In this document: positions 51,189-60,696 of the stretch, in pieces | Position numbering within the stretch: the stretch's first letter is position 1 | Layout: each line of letters opens with the position of its first letter | Assembly (NCBI GenBank): GCA_016176465.1 | Contig: JACOXD010000011.1 | Location: 12,318 to 76,317 of the forward strand | Length of the DNA stretch: 64,000 nt | Direction of reading: 5' to 3' | Origin: Candidatus Daviesbacteria bacterium | GTDB taxonomy: Bacteria > Patescibacteriota > Microgenomatia > Daviesbacterales > UBA10151 | Position numbers and translations under genes: made by a program | The notes under the pieces: model-generated | The model's input: only the letters and a program-made list of their open reading frames with translations | Databases searched by the model: none | What the model was told of the DNA's origin: nothing

Positions 51189-51221
51189 TAGCTTGACACC
51201 TGAAAGGTGTACTCGTAAATT
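51189..51221 (+). repeat. Solo copy of the RAYT promoter/REP
   Basis: 24 bp identical to 42546-42569. Confidence 0.85.
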
Positions 51222-51253
51222 CAGAACCAAATAATTGCTAAGTTTTACCTATA

Positions 51254-51640
51254 GTGCTAAAATCCTCTCTTAATATGGGCCTGGAAGCTTCAATTCACAG
51301 TTTATATGGAGAGTCTGGCGGGGAATTAGACTATCTAGCCTGTCTTACATTAAATCCCAATGATTTATATCTATTAACAAGTCAAATCGATTTAAGATTA
51401 CTTAAAAAGAGAAATCAAGACTTTAATCCGATTACTGTGATCCGACCTAGTATTGTAGTAACTGGCATAGGTGTAGATGGCATCAGACATTACAAAAGCG
51501 CCGTAATAGAAAGAAAAGAAGTGGTAATTCTAGATATTAAAGACTCTCGAACATATCTTTTTAGTGATCAATATGGTTTGTATTTAAAACCTAAAGAAGA
51601 GTTTCAAGTTTGTATGGGAGATAGATTTGAACTTTCCTAG
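51254..51640 (+). CDS. Hypothetical protein
   Basis: 128-aa ORF; start may be the internal ATG. Confidence 0.5.
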   Translation: MLKSSLNMGLEASIHSLYGESGGELDYLACLTLNPNDLYLLTSQIDLRLLKKRNQDFNPITVIRPSIVVTGIGVDGIRHYKSAVIERKEVVILDIKDSRTYLFSDQYGLYLKPKEEFQVCMGDRFELS

Positions 51641-51660
51641 TTTATTGTTAAACTTAAAAT

Positions 51661-52389
51661 ATGTTTGATGATTTAGCTGCCATAATTTTAGCTGCAGGTA
51701 AAGGCACAAGATTAAATTCCAAAGATATAAACAAAGTAACTTTAGAGGTTGGGGGTATTCCCATAATTATCCGTATAATTAATATTCTTAGAGAAACAGG
51801 AACAAAAAATATTTTAGTAGTGGTGGGTTTTGCTAAAGATTCTGTAGAAAAACTGCTGGATAAGGACGTTAAAACTGTGGAACAGGCAAATCAGCTTGGT
51901 ACTGGAGATGCAGTTAAAATTGCTTTGGATAAGATCTCAGCCAATACAAAAAATATTTTAATTTTAATGGGTGATGATGCTTATTTATATTCCCCAGCAA
52001 TTTTTAATAATTTTTATAAATTTCACTTAGAGCAAAAATCCGATCTTACTTTTTTAACCACTGTTTTAGAAAACACTAAAGGCTTGGGGAGAGTAATAAG
52101 AAATGAGAATGGAAATCCAGTGAGAATTGTAGAGGATAACGATGCCTCAGATGAAATAAAAAAAATAAATGAGGTAAATTTAGGTTGTTATATATTTAAG
52201 ATGGATTTTTTAAGAAAATACATTGATCAAATTCAAAAAAGTCCTATTACTGGTGAGTATTATTTAGTTGATCTAATTGAAATAGCTATTAAAAACGCTA
52301 GAATAGTAAGAGTCTATACTTTAGAAAACTTTAGCTGGAGAGGGATAAATACCAAAGAGGAGTTAGAGGAAGCTCAAAAATTAATATGA
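51661..52389 (+). CDS. GlmU-like uridylyltransferase domain protein
   Basis: ILAAGKGTRL, QLGTGDAV, GEYYLVD, GIN. Confidence 0.88.
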   Translation: MFDDLAAIILAAGKGTRLNSKDINKVTLEVGGIPIIIRIINILRETGTKNILVVVGFAKDSVEKLLDKDVKTVEQANQLGTGDAVKIALDKISANTKNILILMGDDAYLYSPAIFNNFYKFHLEQKSDLTFLTTVLENTKGLGRVIRNENGNPVRIVEDNDASDEIKKINEVNLGCYIFKMDFLRKYIDQIQKSPITGEYYLVDLIEIAIKNARIVRVYTLENFSWRGINTKEELEEAQKLI

Positions 52390-52973
52390 ATTTTAAACCA
52401 ACTAACTATTTTGATTTAACAAACTTTACCCAAGCAGATATATTTGAAGGAGTTGAAAATATTTGGGAAGTATTAAAAAAACTTAGTTCTTATTTAAATG
52501 GGATTGTTATTGACCCTACTGCTAAGGTAGATCCTACAGCTAAAATTTTAGGCCCAGCTATAATTGGAGCTAATACTGTCATCGGATTTAATGCATTAAT
52601 CAGGGAGAATGTAATTACTGGAAGTGATTGCATAATAGGTCACGGAACCGAGGTTAAAAATTCTATAATTTTAAATAACAGCTTCTTTTCTCATATGAGC
52701 TATATTGGGGATAGTGTTATAGGGAATAATATCAATTTTGGGGGTGGAGCAAAAACAGGCAATTTAAGACTAGATAAAGCTCCTGTAACTGTAAAGATAG
52801 GAGAGGAAATTATTGAGACTGGTTTAGAAAAATTTGGTGCAGTTGTAGGAGATAATACAAAGATAGGAATAAATGCTGTTTTAAATCCCGGGACAATTTT
52901 AGGAAAAAATTGTATAGTTTATCCTCTAGTTTCAGTTAATGGAGTTTTTGCAGAAAATTCCAAAATTAAATAA
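52386..52973 (+). CDS. Left-handed beta-helix acetyltransferase (GlmU C-terminal-like)
   Basis: Hexapeptide repeats, HMSYIGDS, EKFGAVVGD. Confidence 0.85.
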   Translation: MNFKPTNYFDLTNFTQADIFEGVENIWEVLKKLSSYLNGIVIDPTAKVDPTAKILGPAIIGANTVIGFNALIRENVITGSDCIIGHGTEVKNSIILNNSFFSHMSYIGDSVIGNNINFGGGAKTGNLRLDKAPVTVKIGEEIIETGLEKFGAVVGDNTKIGINAVLNPGTILGKNCIVYPLVSVNGVFAENSKIK

Positions 52974-53148
52974 AAACCTTTAAAAAAACTTTGCCTTTTT
53001 GTTTTACAAAAAGGTATGTTTGATATATTTTGTCCTACTTGACAGTTTCGGGAACTGTTTGGTATTGTTATCAGTAACCTTTGGATTAAACCAAAGACTT
53101 GGATAAGTTGGCAGGTAGACGGAACTGCCAGATTTATCCACCAAATAT

Positions 53149-53766
53149 ATGCCAGTTACCCTTTATCGAAGACAGCGACAAATTTTAACTTTTATTAGAG
53201 ACTATATTGATAAATATGGTTATTCCCCTACTTTAGGGGAAATTGCAGAAGCCATGGGAGTTTCCTCGCTTGCTACAGTCCACGAGCATGTTCAAACTTT
53301 AGCAAGAAAAGGGGTAATAAAAAAGTTTGAAGGTTCTGTAAGAGGAATTGAAGTTTTGGATTACAATTACGGGAACGCTCTAAAAACAGTAGAACTCAAA
53401 GTTTTAGGTTTTATAGCTGCTGGACAACCAATTATGCCCTACACTGATCCAGATGCTACGATTGGAGTATCTTCCAGTTTGGTTAACCAGCATCGAAAAT
53501 CCTTTGTATTACAAGTAAAAGGAGATTCCATGATTGAAGATGGAATCTTAGATGGGGATTTTGTCATTATTGAGGAGCAAAATTTTGCTTATGATGGGGA
53601 TATTGTGGTAGCTCTTTTAGAAAATGGCTTGGCTACTTTAAAAAGATATTTCAAAGAAAAAGATAGAATCAGACTCGAGCCTGCTAATGCTACAATGGAA
53701 CCCATTTATTCAACAGATGTTCAAATCCAAGGAAGATGTGTGGGGGTAATCCGCAGATTTAGGTAA
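53149..53766 (+). CDS. lexA: LexA repressor
   Basis: GYSPT..EIA, IAAG.P cleavage site, GDSM, ATLK. Confidence 0.95.
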   Translation: MPVTLYRRQRQILTFIRDYIDKYGYSPTLGEIAEAMGVSSLATVHEHVQTLARKGVIKKFEGSVRGIEVLDYNYGNALKTVELKVLGFIAAGQPIMPYTDPDATIGVSSSLVNQHRKSFVLQVKGDSMIEDGILDGDFVIIEEQNFAYDGDIVVALLENGLATLKRYFKEKDRIRLEPANATMEPIYSTDVQIQGRCVGVIRRFR

Positions 53767-54549
53767 CTAACCCATGATTTCTCTAACTTTTTCCGCTTGT
53801 CCGTTTTCCTGTAAAAGCATTGCAGTGTGAAAAATGACTTTATTAATTGCTTTTAAGCGAAGATCATTTGGGTCATAATCATGAGCTAAAAGTTCATCTC
53901 TCCAAATAATACGATTTGATAATCTTTCGAAATAAAAGTCTAATTCTGCTTCAGTGCCTAACCTAACACCTCTGGGTTCAGTGACTCCCTCATCACTAAC
54001 AAAGCCGTTGTGCGCTTGTTCCCCAGGAAGTGTTTGTTGTTTTTTAAAAAGCATTTGCTCCCTTTCACCTCTCCAATAATTAAGCAGCGCGTGAGCCCGG
54101 GAGGCCAGTCCTCCTCTAATCAATCTTGTAGCAGATGTAGCAATCATGCCATCTAAATAATTTTGGTACCCCTTTTTACTAATCTCTTTCCCATTGAGGA
54201 GAATCTCTCTATCATATATGATCAAACTTGCGCTACTTTTACAACTATCCCAAAGTATTCTTAACCAACCCACTTCCTCTTCCTTAGTCGTTGGTAGTGG
54301 CAAAGAAGGACCATCCATTTGAGTTTTTGCAGCTTCTAAAACCTTCTCTCCCTCTTCTCTTTTACCAAACTCACCCAATGTTTGAATACTTTCTCTTTCT
54401 ACAAATCGAAGGAAGAAAATCCATTTGTTTGGAGATGGATTGAGACCTTTAGGTATTTCTAACTCCCCTTCTATCAGACGGTGTTCAATTTCTACTGCTC
54501 TTTTAATTCTTCCCTTTAAAGTATCAGCTAAAGCCTCTATATAACTCAT
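53767..54549 (-). CDS. Hypothetical protein
   Basis: 260-aa ORF. Confidence 0.65.
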   Translation of the reverse strand: MSYIEALADTLKGRIKRAVEIEHRLIEGELEIPKGLNPSPNKWIFFLRFVERESIQTLGEFGKREEGEKVLEAAKTQMDGPSLPLPTTKEEEVGWLRILWDSCKSSASLIIYDREILLNGKEISKKGYQNYLDGMIATSATRLIRGGLASRAHALLNYWRGEREQMLFKKQQTLPGEQAHNGFVSDEGVTEPRGVRLGTEAELDFYFERLSNRIIWRDELLAHDYDPNDLRLKAINKVIFHTAMLLQENGQAEKVREIMG

Positions 54550-54564
54550 ATTTATATTAAAAAA

Positions 54565-54580
54565 CCTCCCTTTAGGGAGG
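54565..54580 (-). terminator. Putative intrinsic terminator after dedA
   Basis: CCTCCC-TTTA-GGGAGG hairpin followed by a T-run on the minus strand. Confidence 0.5.
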
Positions 54581-54668
54581 CCTCATTAATTTTCTAAAAT
54601 TAGCCTTCCCTCAATTGCTTGATTTAACAAGCATGTGAGGGAGAACTTTATTAAAAATATTTACTAAA

Positions 54669-55283
54669 TCAAAAGTGACCATACATATCTAATTCTATAC
54701 CTAACCCCAAAAGTAAAACTATTATCACCAAAATAACTGCATCAAGTGAGTGAAAGTAAGGCCCAAGTGTATCCCAGTTTTCCCCCATAACAAACCCTAT
54801 GTAAGCTAAAAGATAGGACCAGATTAAAGATCCTACAAACGTAAGGACAATAAAGCGATAAATCGGTAACCTTGCAATCCCAGCTGGCAAGGAAATAATT
54901 GTCCTAATACCAGGCACCACTCTTGATAATAAGACAACCCCATCTTTGTATCGATGCATCAGTTTTTCTGCTAAATCCAGTTCATCTTCACTTACTAAAA
55001 TCCATTTACCATAATTTCTAATAAATCTTCTAACTATTTTTTCATGCCCAAGGTAACCTAAGTAATATGCTCCCAGTGAACCTATCAAATTTCCTAAAGC
55101 CCCTGAAAGTGCAACAAGATGAATATTAAATTTTCCCTGCGAAACTAAATATCCGGAAAAAGGCATGATAATTTCTGAGGGTAGTGGAACTAACGCTGAC
55201 TCAATAGCCATGGTTATTACTATTCCTGGGTAACCTAGGCTAGATATGATATTAATTATCCAATTTGCTATACTTTCCAGCAT
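54669..55283 (-). CDS. dedA: DedA-family membrane protein
   Basis: MAIES..PLPSE, SRVVPGIRT. Confidence 0.9.
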   Translation of the reverse strand: MLESIANWIINIISSLGYPGIVITMAIESALVPLPSEIIMPFSGYLVSQGKFNIHLVALSGALGNLIGSLGAYYLGYLGHEKIVRRFIRNYGKWILVSEDELDLAEKLMHRYKDGVVLLSRVVPGIRTIISLPAGIARLPIYRFIVLTFVGSLIWSYLLAYIGFVMGENWDTLGPYFHSLDAVILVIIVLLLGLGIELDMYGHF

Positions 55284-55953
55284 GCTTTACATTGTAGCAA
55301 CACCAATAGGAAATTTGGAAGACATAACTTTGCGAGCCTTAAAAATTCTAAACCAGGTTGATGGAGTAATTTGTGAAGACAGTAGAAGGACCTCAATCTT
55401 ACTAAATCATTTCCATATAAATAAACATTTATTTGTTTTAAATGACTATAATGAGGCGAGAAATATTCCTTATTTGATTGACAAATTAAAAAAAGGAGAA
55501 AACTTAAGCTTAGTTTCTGATGCAGGAACACCTTTAATTTCTGATCCAGGTTATAAATTAGTCAGAGAAGCCATCCGACAAAATGTTCCCATTGATTCTT
55601 TACCTGGACCTTCATCTTTAATTACTGCTCTTACTTTATCAGGACTTCCTCCTGATAAGTTTTTTTTTCTAGGATATTTGCCGGAAAAACCTATGGCTAG
55701 AGTAAATACTCTAAAAGCCTTAATAGAAATAGATAAAAAGTTGAAATCCACCTTTATAATTTTTCTCCCTCCACATAAGTTGCTTAAAACTTTTATTGAA
55801 ATCAAAGAAACTTTAGGAGATATAAATTTATCCTTGGCAAAGGAGTTAACTAAACTGCATCAAAAAATAGAAACAAAAAAAGCCTCTTTGTGGATCGAGG
55901 ATTTCACTGCTACTATTCCAAAGGGAGAATTTGTTTGCCTTTTTAGAATTTAA
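55282..55953 (+). CDS. rsmI: 16S rRNA C1402 2'-O-methyltransferase
   Basis: LYIVATPIGNLEDIT.RA, VSDAGTP.ISDPG, KELTKLH. Confidence 0.95.
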   Translation: MLYIVATPIGNLEDITLRALKILNQVDGVICEDSRRTSILLNHFHINKHLFVLNDYNEARNIPYLIDKLKKGENLSLVSDAGTPLISDPGYKLVREAIRQNVPIDSLPGPSSLITALTLSGLPPDKFFFLGYLPEKPMARVNTLKALIEIDKKLKSTFIIFLPPHKLLKTFIEIKETLGDINLSLAKELTKLHQKIETKKASLWIEDFTATIPKGEFVCLFRI

Positions 55954-57383
55954 GTGAGGATCTTTGGTTGATGGAAAAATACTTCCTCTTTTAACGCCTC
56001 CATTTTATTTAAGTTTACTCCAATCCCATATACACCAACGTCTATAAGAAATTTTAATACATCACTATTTTGGATTAAGCTTCCTTTAGTGATTATTTTA
56101 ATTTTATTTTTTTGCATTAGTTTAATTGGTGATTTAAGGAATTCGACTAGATATTTTGAATTACTTTTATATCCGCTCAACTCTTCTTCACTCAGACTAA
56201 ATCCCCCCAAATTTTCTGCTAAAAAGTCTAAATTAATAATTGCTCCATCAAATCCGGCAGTAAGATAATCCTCCAGGTTAATTAAATTTTCAGGCACAGC
56301 AATTTCCAACCAAAATTTTAGGCTTCCTTTTCTAGATATACCTGCTACAGCCAAATCTCTTTTCATCTCTAAAAATTCATCAACAGAGCGAACGTAAGGG
56401 ATTGCAACAGAAACATTAAACAACCTTTTTTTATTTCTAACAAAGTTAAATACATCGATCTCTTTTTTCAATAAAGAGATGCTATCTATTAATCTAAAAG
56501 TTCCTCTTATTCCCAATTTAGTATCAATGTAATCTCCTAGTTTAAAAATAATCTCTGCATGTTTTAAAGAAGTGGCCAGCTCACTAAGTAAAACAATTTT
56601 TCTCTCTACATCTTTTATATTTTCACTATTAAAAATTACACCCTGAGCGTTTCCATCTATGGAAAAATTATCTTCTTGTTCAAAAAAGAATTTAAGATGA
56701 ATTTTAGGTAAGTCAATTTGATCATTCTTGATAAGCGTCGATAAGCTTATCTCGTCTTTTACTTGCAAATCATCAAAAATGTGAGATTCTTTTATTTTGT
56801 AAATTTTTAACTTATATGTATTTTCTTCTTGGTCCAAAATCCAATAATAAATATGGGGGAAAATTAATTTTTCTTCTAATTCAAATACTAATTTATCTAA
56901 TTCCTTAAGCTGTTTGGGAGTTAGAATCCCATGATCAATTAAAATTTCACTATCTTTTTTAATTTCCGGATGAGGTTTTATATAGGCTCTACCTTTAGCA
57001 ACAACTTTTTCTGCAAACACAATTGCTTGAGGCCTTAAGCTATCAATGCTACCAATAAGGGTCTTATTTTTAGCTAACTCTTTTTTAAATTCATTTATCC
57101 AAGTATTAATTAATTCTTTCCAGATATTTATTTTTAAATTAAAATCCTCAGGTAGAACTAAATTTTCCATTTTTTCCCAGAGTTTTTCCAGATGATCCCT
57201 ATTTAAGTTATTAGAGTAAATATTATGATTAAGCAAGTGTTTAATTTCCGATTTAGGCGGATAAATAATTATTATTTCCGCAACCGGAAAGCCTAGATGG
57301 TAAAGTTTGCTTAAATTAAAAAGATCACTTCCTATTAAATGTTTATCACTTGGATGTATAAATTTTATAGGCAGTATATTCAT
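55950..57383 (-). CDS. Degenerate PEP-utilizing (PEP synthase-like) protein
   Basis: LGIRG, IPYVRS..E, LEIAVPEN, FDG in the C-terminal barrel; no phospho-His domain seen. Confidence 0.65.
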   Translation of the reverse strand: MNILPIKFIHPSDKHLIGSDLFNLSKLYHLGFPVAEIIIIYPPKSEIKHLLNHNIYSNNLNRDHLEKLWEKMENLVLPEDFNLKINIWKELINTWINEFKKELAKNKTLIGSIDSLRPQAIVFAEKVVAKGRAYIKPHPEIKKDSEILIDHGILTPKQLKELDKLVFELEEKLIFPHIYYWILDQEENTYKLKIYKIKESHIFDDLQVKDEISLSTLIKNDQIDLPKIHLKFFFEQEDNFSIDGNAQGVIFNSENIKDVERKIVLLSELATSLKHAEIIFKLGDYIDTKLGIRGTFRLIDSISLLKKEIDVFNFVRNKKRLFNVSVAIPYVRSVDEFLEMKRDLAVAGISRKGSLKFWLEIAVPENLINLEDYLTAGFDGAIINLDFLAENLGGFSLSEEELSGYKSNSKYLVEFLKSPIKLMQKNKIKIITKGSLIQNSDVLKFLIDVGVYGIGVNLNKMEALKEEVFFHQPKILT

Positions 57384-57866
57384 TTATTTAAAAATCTCTA
57401 CTCTATCATCTATCTTAATATTATACTTTTTAGCAAAACCTCCATTAACTTCTAAAACTTTGTCAGCGGGTAAAGATGGGGAAAAAGTAGGCAAATTAGC
57501 GTCTATCTCTCCCTCTTTGGGTGGTGGAACATCGGATATTATATCAACAACTTTATCTTCATCAATCCAAATTAAATCTATAGAAAACTTTAAATTTTTC
57601 ATCCAAAAAGTGTGTCTTTTTTTCTCATCCATAATAAAAAGCATACCACTACCTTGATCTAAACTTTTTCTTCCTCCCAAGCCTTGTCTTCTTTTTTCAG
57701 GAGAGTCAGCAACTTCTGCCTGGATTGAAACCTCGTTTATTTTAACTGTTACTCCTTGAAATTTTGTTGGGATGATAGAACTTAGCGCTTGCGGATTTTT
57801 ATAAAAAAACAGAGCTAAAAACAAAACAGCAATCAATAAAACTGCTTGGATAACAAATTTCTTCAT
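57384..57866 (-). CDS. DUF192-family protein
   Basis: EVAD...R.QGL, GMLF, FWMKN, VLEVNGG. Confidence 0.9.
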   Translation of the reverse strand: MKKFVIQAVLLIAVLFLALFFYKNPQALSSIIPTKFQGVTVKINEVSIQAEVADSPEKRRQGLGGRKSLDQGSGMLFIMDEKKRHTFWMKNLKFSIDLIWIDEDKVVDIISDVPPPKEGEIDANLPTFSPSLPADKVLEVNGGFAKKYNIKIDDRVEIFK

Positions 57867-58037
57867 TTTAGTTTGGACAATTTGGAATAACTTAATTCTA
57901 TTCTATCAGTTTCTATAATCAAATTGTCCAGTACAAGCGTTAAACTGTTTAAGGATTTTTTTAGTAGGAAGGTTGTAATGGCTTTTCGCTCCTCATAGCA
58001 CGCTTAAAGTAAAGCTCTGGTGCGAAAATGCCAAATC

Positions 58038-58994
58038 TTAGTTAGAAAAAACTTGAGTTATCATTAATCCATAAACCCCTCCATCCATTATCCCTATAGC
58101 AATCCTATTGAAATCACTTGATAAAATATTAGCTTTATGTCCTTCTGAGCGCATTAATCCTAAATGAGCAGAATCTAGTGTTGGAGCATAAGCTAGATTC
58201 TCTCCTATAATTAGATAATTTATATTATATTTTTTTACCCTATCTGCTACACTTTCTCCTTCAGGGGAGTAGTGAGAGAAGTAACCTCTTTTTAACATAT
58301 CTCCACTGTGATCTCTTGCAGGAGGTAATAATTGCGGAGCAAATTCATAAGGCTTTAGTCCTATTGAAGTTCTCTCTTTAGTCACTCTTTCCAACATCAA
58401 AACTTCTAACTGTTCATTTGGTGAAAATTCATCTGTTTGAAACCCTAGAGTAATACTTTGATTGCTTTGCGGCTTAACAGTCAGAAACGTCAAAGTATCC
58501 GAACTTATGCCACCAAAAACATTTTTTAAAGGAGCTTCCAGACTTTGAGCCCTAACTAAAATAAACGAACCAATTTTTGATTCATTAACTGCTTTTTTAA
58601 CTTTTGGCTGGATGGGGAAACTACCAATTAAAACAAGCAAAATAGCAATAAATATTAAGCCTCGAAGTAGGGATGGAATAAATGAAAAAGGTCTTAAAAA
58701 ATTATCCATTTCTTTAACAAGATAATTTCTGGATATTAGAAGGGTAATTATAAGTAAAAGTATTGACTCAACAATAAACCAAACACCTACAAATCCCAAT
58801 ACAGCGCTTAGAGAGTGTGGAACTGCAAATTGTTGTTCAAAAAAATTTCCCAAAAGGTTATAGAAACGAAGAGAAAGAAAAAAAGAAATTAAAAATGAAA
58901 AAAAATTAAAAACTTCATTTAAAAAACTTTTTCCCAAACCCTCCAGTAAAAATAGCAATAAAATTCCTAAAATAATTAAATCAATCCAATTCAT
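58038..58994 (-). CDS. CvpA plus CAP/SCP domain protein
   Basis: MNWIDLII, TMs; HS.DM...YFSH, GENLA, GHKANIL. Confidence 0.88.
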   Translation of the reverse strand: MNWIDLIILGILLLFLLEGLGKSFLNEVFNFFSFLISFFLSLRFYNLLGNFFEQQFAVPHSLSAVLGFVGVWFIVESILLLIITLLISRNYLVKEMDNFLRPFSFIPSLLRGLIFIAILLVLIGSFPIQPKVKKAVNESKIGSFILVRAQSLEAPLKNVFGGISSDTLTFLTVKPQSNQSITLGFQTDEFSPNEQLEVLMLERVTKERTSIGLKPYEFAPQLLPPARDHSGDMLKRGYFSHYSPEGESVADRVKKYNINYLIIGENLAYAPTLDSAHLGLMRSEGHKANILSSDFNRIAIGIMDGGVYGLMITQVFSN

Positions 58995-59105
58995 AATTTT
59001 TTTTGGACTAAATCGGTCAAAATCATACTATTTAAATAGTCTTTACTGCCGATTTGTCCATTACAAGCTTACTCGATTTTACAATTATGGTTACCTGAAG
59101 GCTGA

Positions 59106-59948
59106 CTACTTTCGCTTAACTGAAGTTGCGAATGGTATCTCCAACCAGTCTTTTACTTTTCTTATTTTTTTATTTATCCTCCAAACTTCCTCCATCAAAC
59201 TCAAATCAACTCCTTTTTCTTTTGCAAAACCTAGGAGTGCAGTAACATCTTTAGGAAAACATTTTCCTCCAAAACCGCCAACTGTTGTAACATCCAAATG
59301 AGTATCTTCAATCCTTTTATCAGCAACCACTAACTTTTTAACCTCTTCATATTTAATCCCTAAAGCTTCGCATAATTTTTGCATCTGATTGGCGAAAATC
59401 ACTTTCATAGAAAGGTAAGCATTTGCCATATATTTAACCATTTCCGCGCTTGTTGGATCTGTTTGGAAAATAGGAATTTGTGGAAAGCGACTTTTATATA
59501 AAACTACAAGTCTCCTTGAAACTAAATCATTGCTGGCACCAATGATAGTCCTATCCGGATTCATAAAATCTTCCATGTAGGTTGCTTCTCTTAAAAATTC
59601 AGGATTAAAAGCAAAATGAGTTTTAGGATATTTTTTTTCATAACTTGCAGTAGTTCCGGGAACTACTGTGGATTTTATTACCACAATTTTATCACTGTTA
59701 GCCGCTAAGGGAGCAATTTTACTGATATTTTCATCAATAATAGAAAGGTCAATTCCAGACTCATCATCAAACATTGGGGTAGGTAACGTTATGAAGATAA
59801 ATTCAGATTTTTTTACAACCTCATCTAAAAAATCACTGTCTTTAAATTTATCATAAAAGTAAATTTCATCTCCTTTAAATCCATTTGCCAAAGCTTGTCC
59901 AACAATACCATAACCAATTATGCCAATTTTTGCTTTAGGTAAATCCAT
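59106..59948 (-). CDS. UDP-glucose/GDP-mannose dehydrogenase family (short form)
   Basis: GYGIVG, KSTVVPG, NPEFL, GFGGKCFPKD. Confidence 0.9.
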   Translation of the reverse strand: MDLPKAKIGIIGYGIVGQALANGFKGDEIYFYDKFKDSDFLDEVVKKSEFIFITLPTPMFDDESGIDLSIIDENISKIAPLAANSDKIVVIKSTVVPGTTASYEKKYPKTHFAFNPEFLREATYMEDFMNPDRTIIGASNDLVSRRLVVLYKSRFPQIPIFQTDPTSAEMVKYMANAYLSMKVIFANQMQKLCEALGIKYEEVKKLVVADKRIEDTHLDVTTVGGFGGKCFPKDVTALLGFAKEKGVDLSLMEEVWRINKKIRKVKDWLEIPFATSVKRK

Positions 59949-60072
59949 TTTTAGCTACTTTAATTTACACTTTTTTTCCTATTATTACAATAATCTAAGA
60001 TTAAATCTAATGCTTGACTAAAATTAGTAAATAAGCAATATTAAGGTAACTTTTTTAAGGGGGTGAGAAATT

Positions 60073-60492
60073 ATAAGTAGAAATCTTTGGATAATTATAG
60101 CTGTTGTTGTGGTTTTACTTTTGGGAGGATACATCTATACTCAAAGAGGTGCAAAGTATCAAGCCCCATCCCCTGTAACTTCTCCAGAAATAAATAGTGC
60201 AGAAGAGGCAACATCAGAGGCATCTTCGAATCAAGAGGGATCAGAGGTCATGGTGGAAATAAGCAACTTTACCTTTGTGCCTAAAACAATAACTGTTAAG
60301 GTGGGCACAACTGTTACCTTTACAAATAAGGATTCCGTAGGACACAGCGCTACTGCAGATGATGGTAGTTTTGATACAGGAGTACTTTCTCAAAATGAGT
60401 CTGGATCAGTTACTTTTAGTAAAGCTGGTACCTTTGCATATCACTGTACCCCTCATCCTAATATGCAGGCAACTGTGGTGGTTGAGGAGTAG
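60073..60492 (+). CDS. Cupredoxin (plastocyanin/amicyanin-like), membrane-anchored
   Basis: GHSAT, YHCTPHPNM type-1 Cu ligands; start uncertain (ATA 60073 or GTG 60109). Confidence 0.88.
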   Translation: MSRNLWIIIAVVVVLLLGGYIYTQRGAKYQAPSPVTSPEINSAEEATSEASSNQEGSEVMVEISNFTFVPKTITVKVGTTVTFTNKDSVGHSATADDGSFDTGVLSQNESGSVTFSKAGTFAYHCTPHPNMQATVVVEE

Positions 60493-60696
60493 TTGTTTCT
60501 CGGTTTTTAGGCTATAGGATGTGAGAAATATAGTAGGCTTTGTGATAAAATACCAGCCAATGGAAGAAAGACCCCATCTTTATATTATCCCTATTGTCCA
60601 TACCTATGCTGACATGAGGAGTCTGAGAGACAGAACTCCTTTTGATGAGCGATATGAAGTCGCGACAACACGATATTGGGTGGGAACGGAGGGAAG

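Noticed and set aside
54607-54642. Hairpin after dedA as a riboswitch
   Set aside because: No recognisable aptamer consensus; probably terminator-associated.
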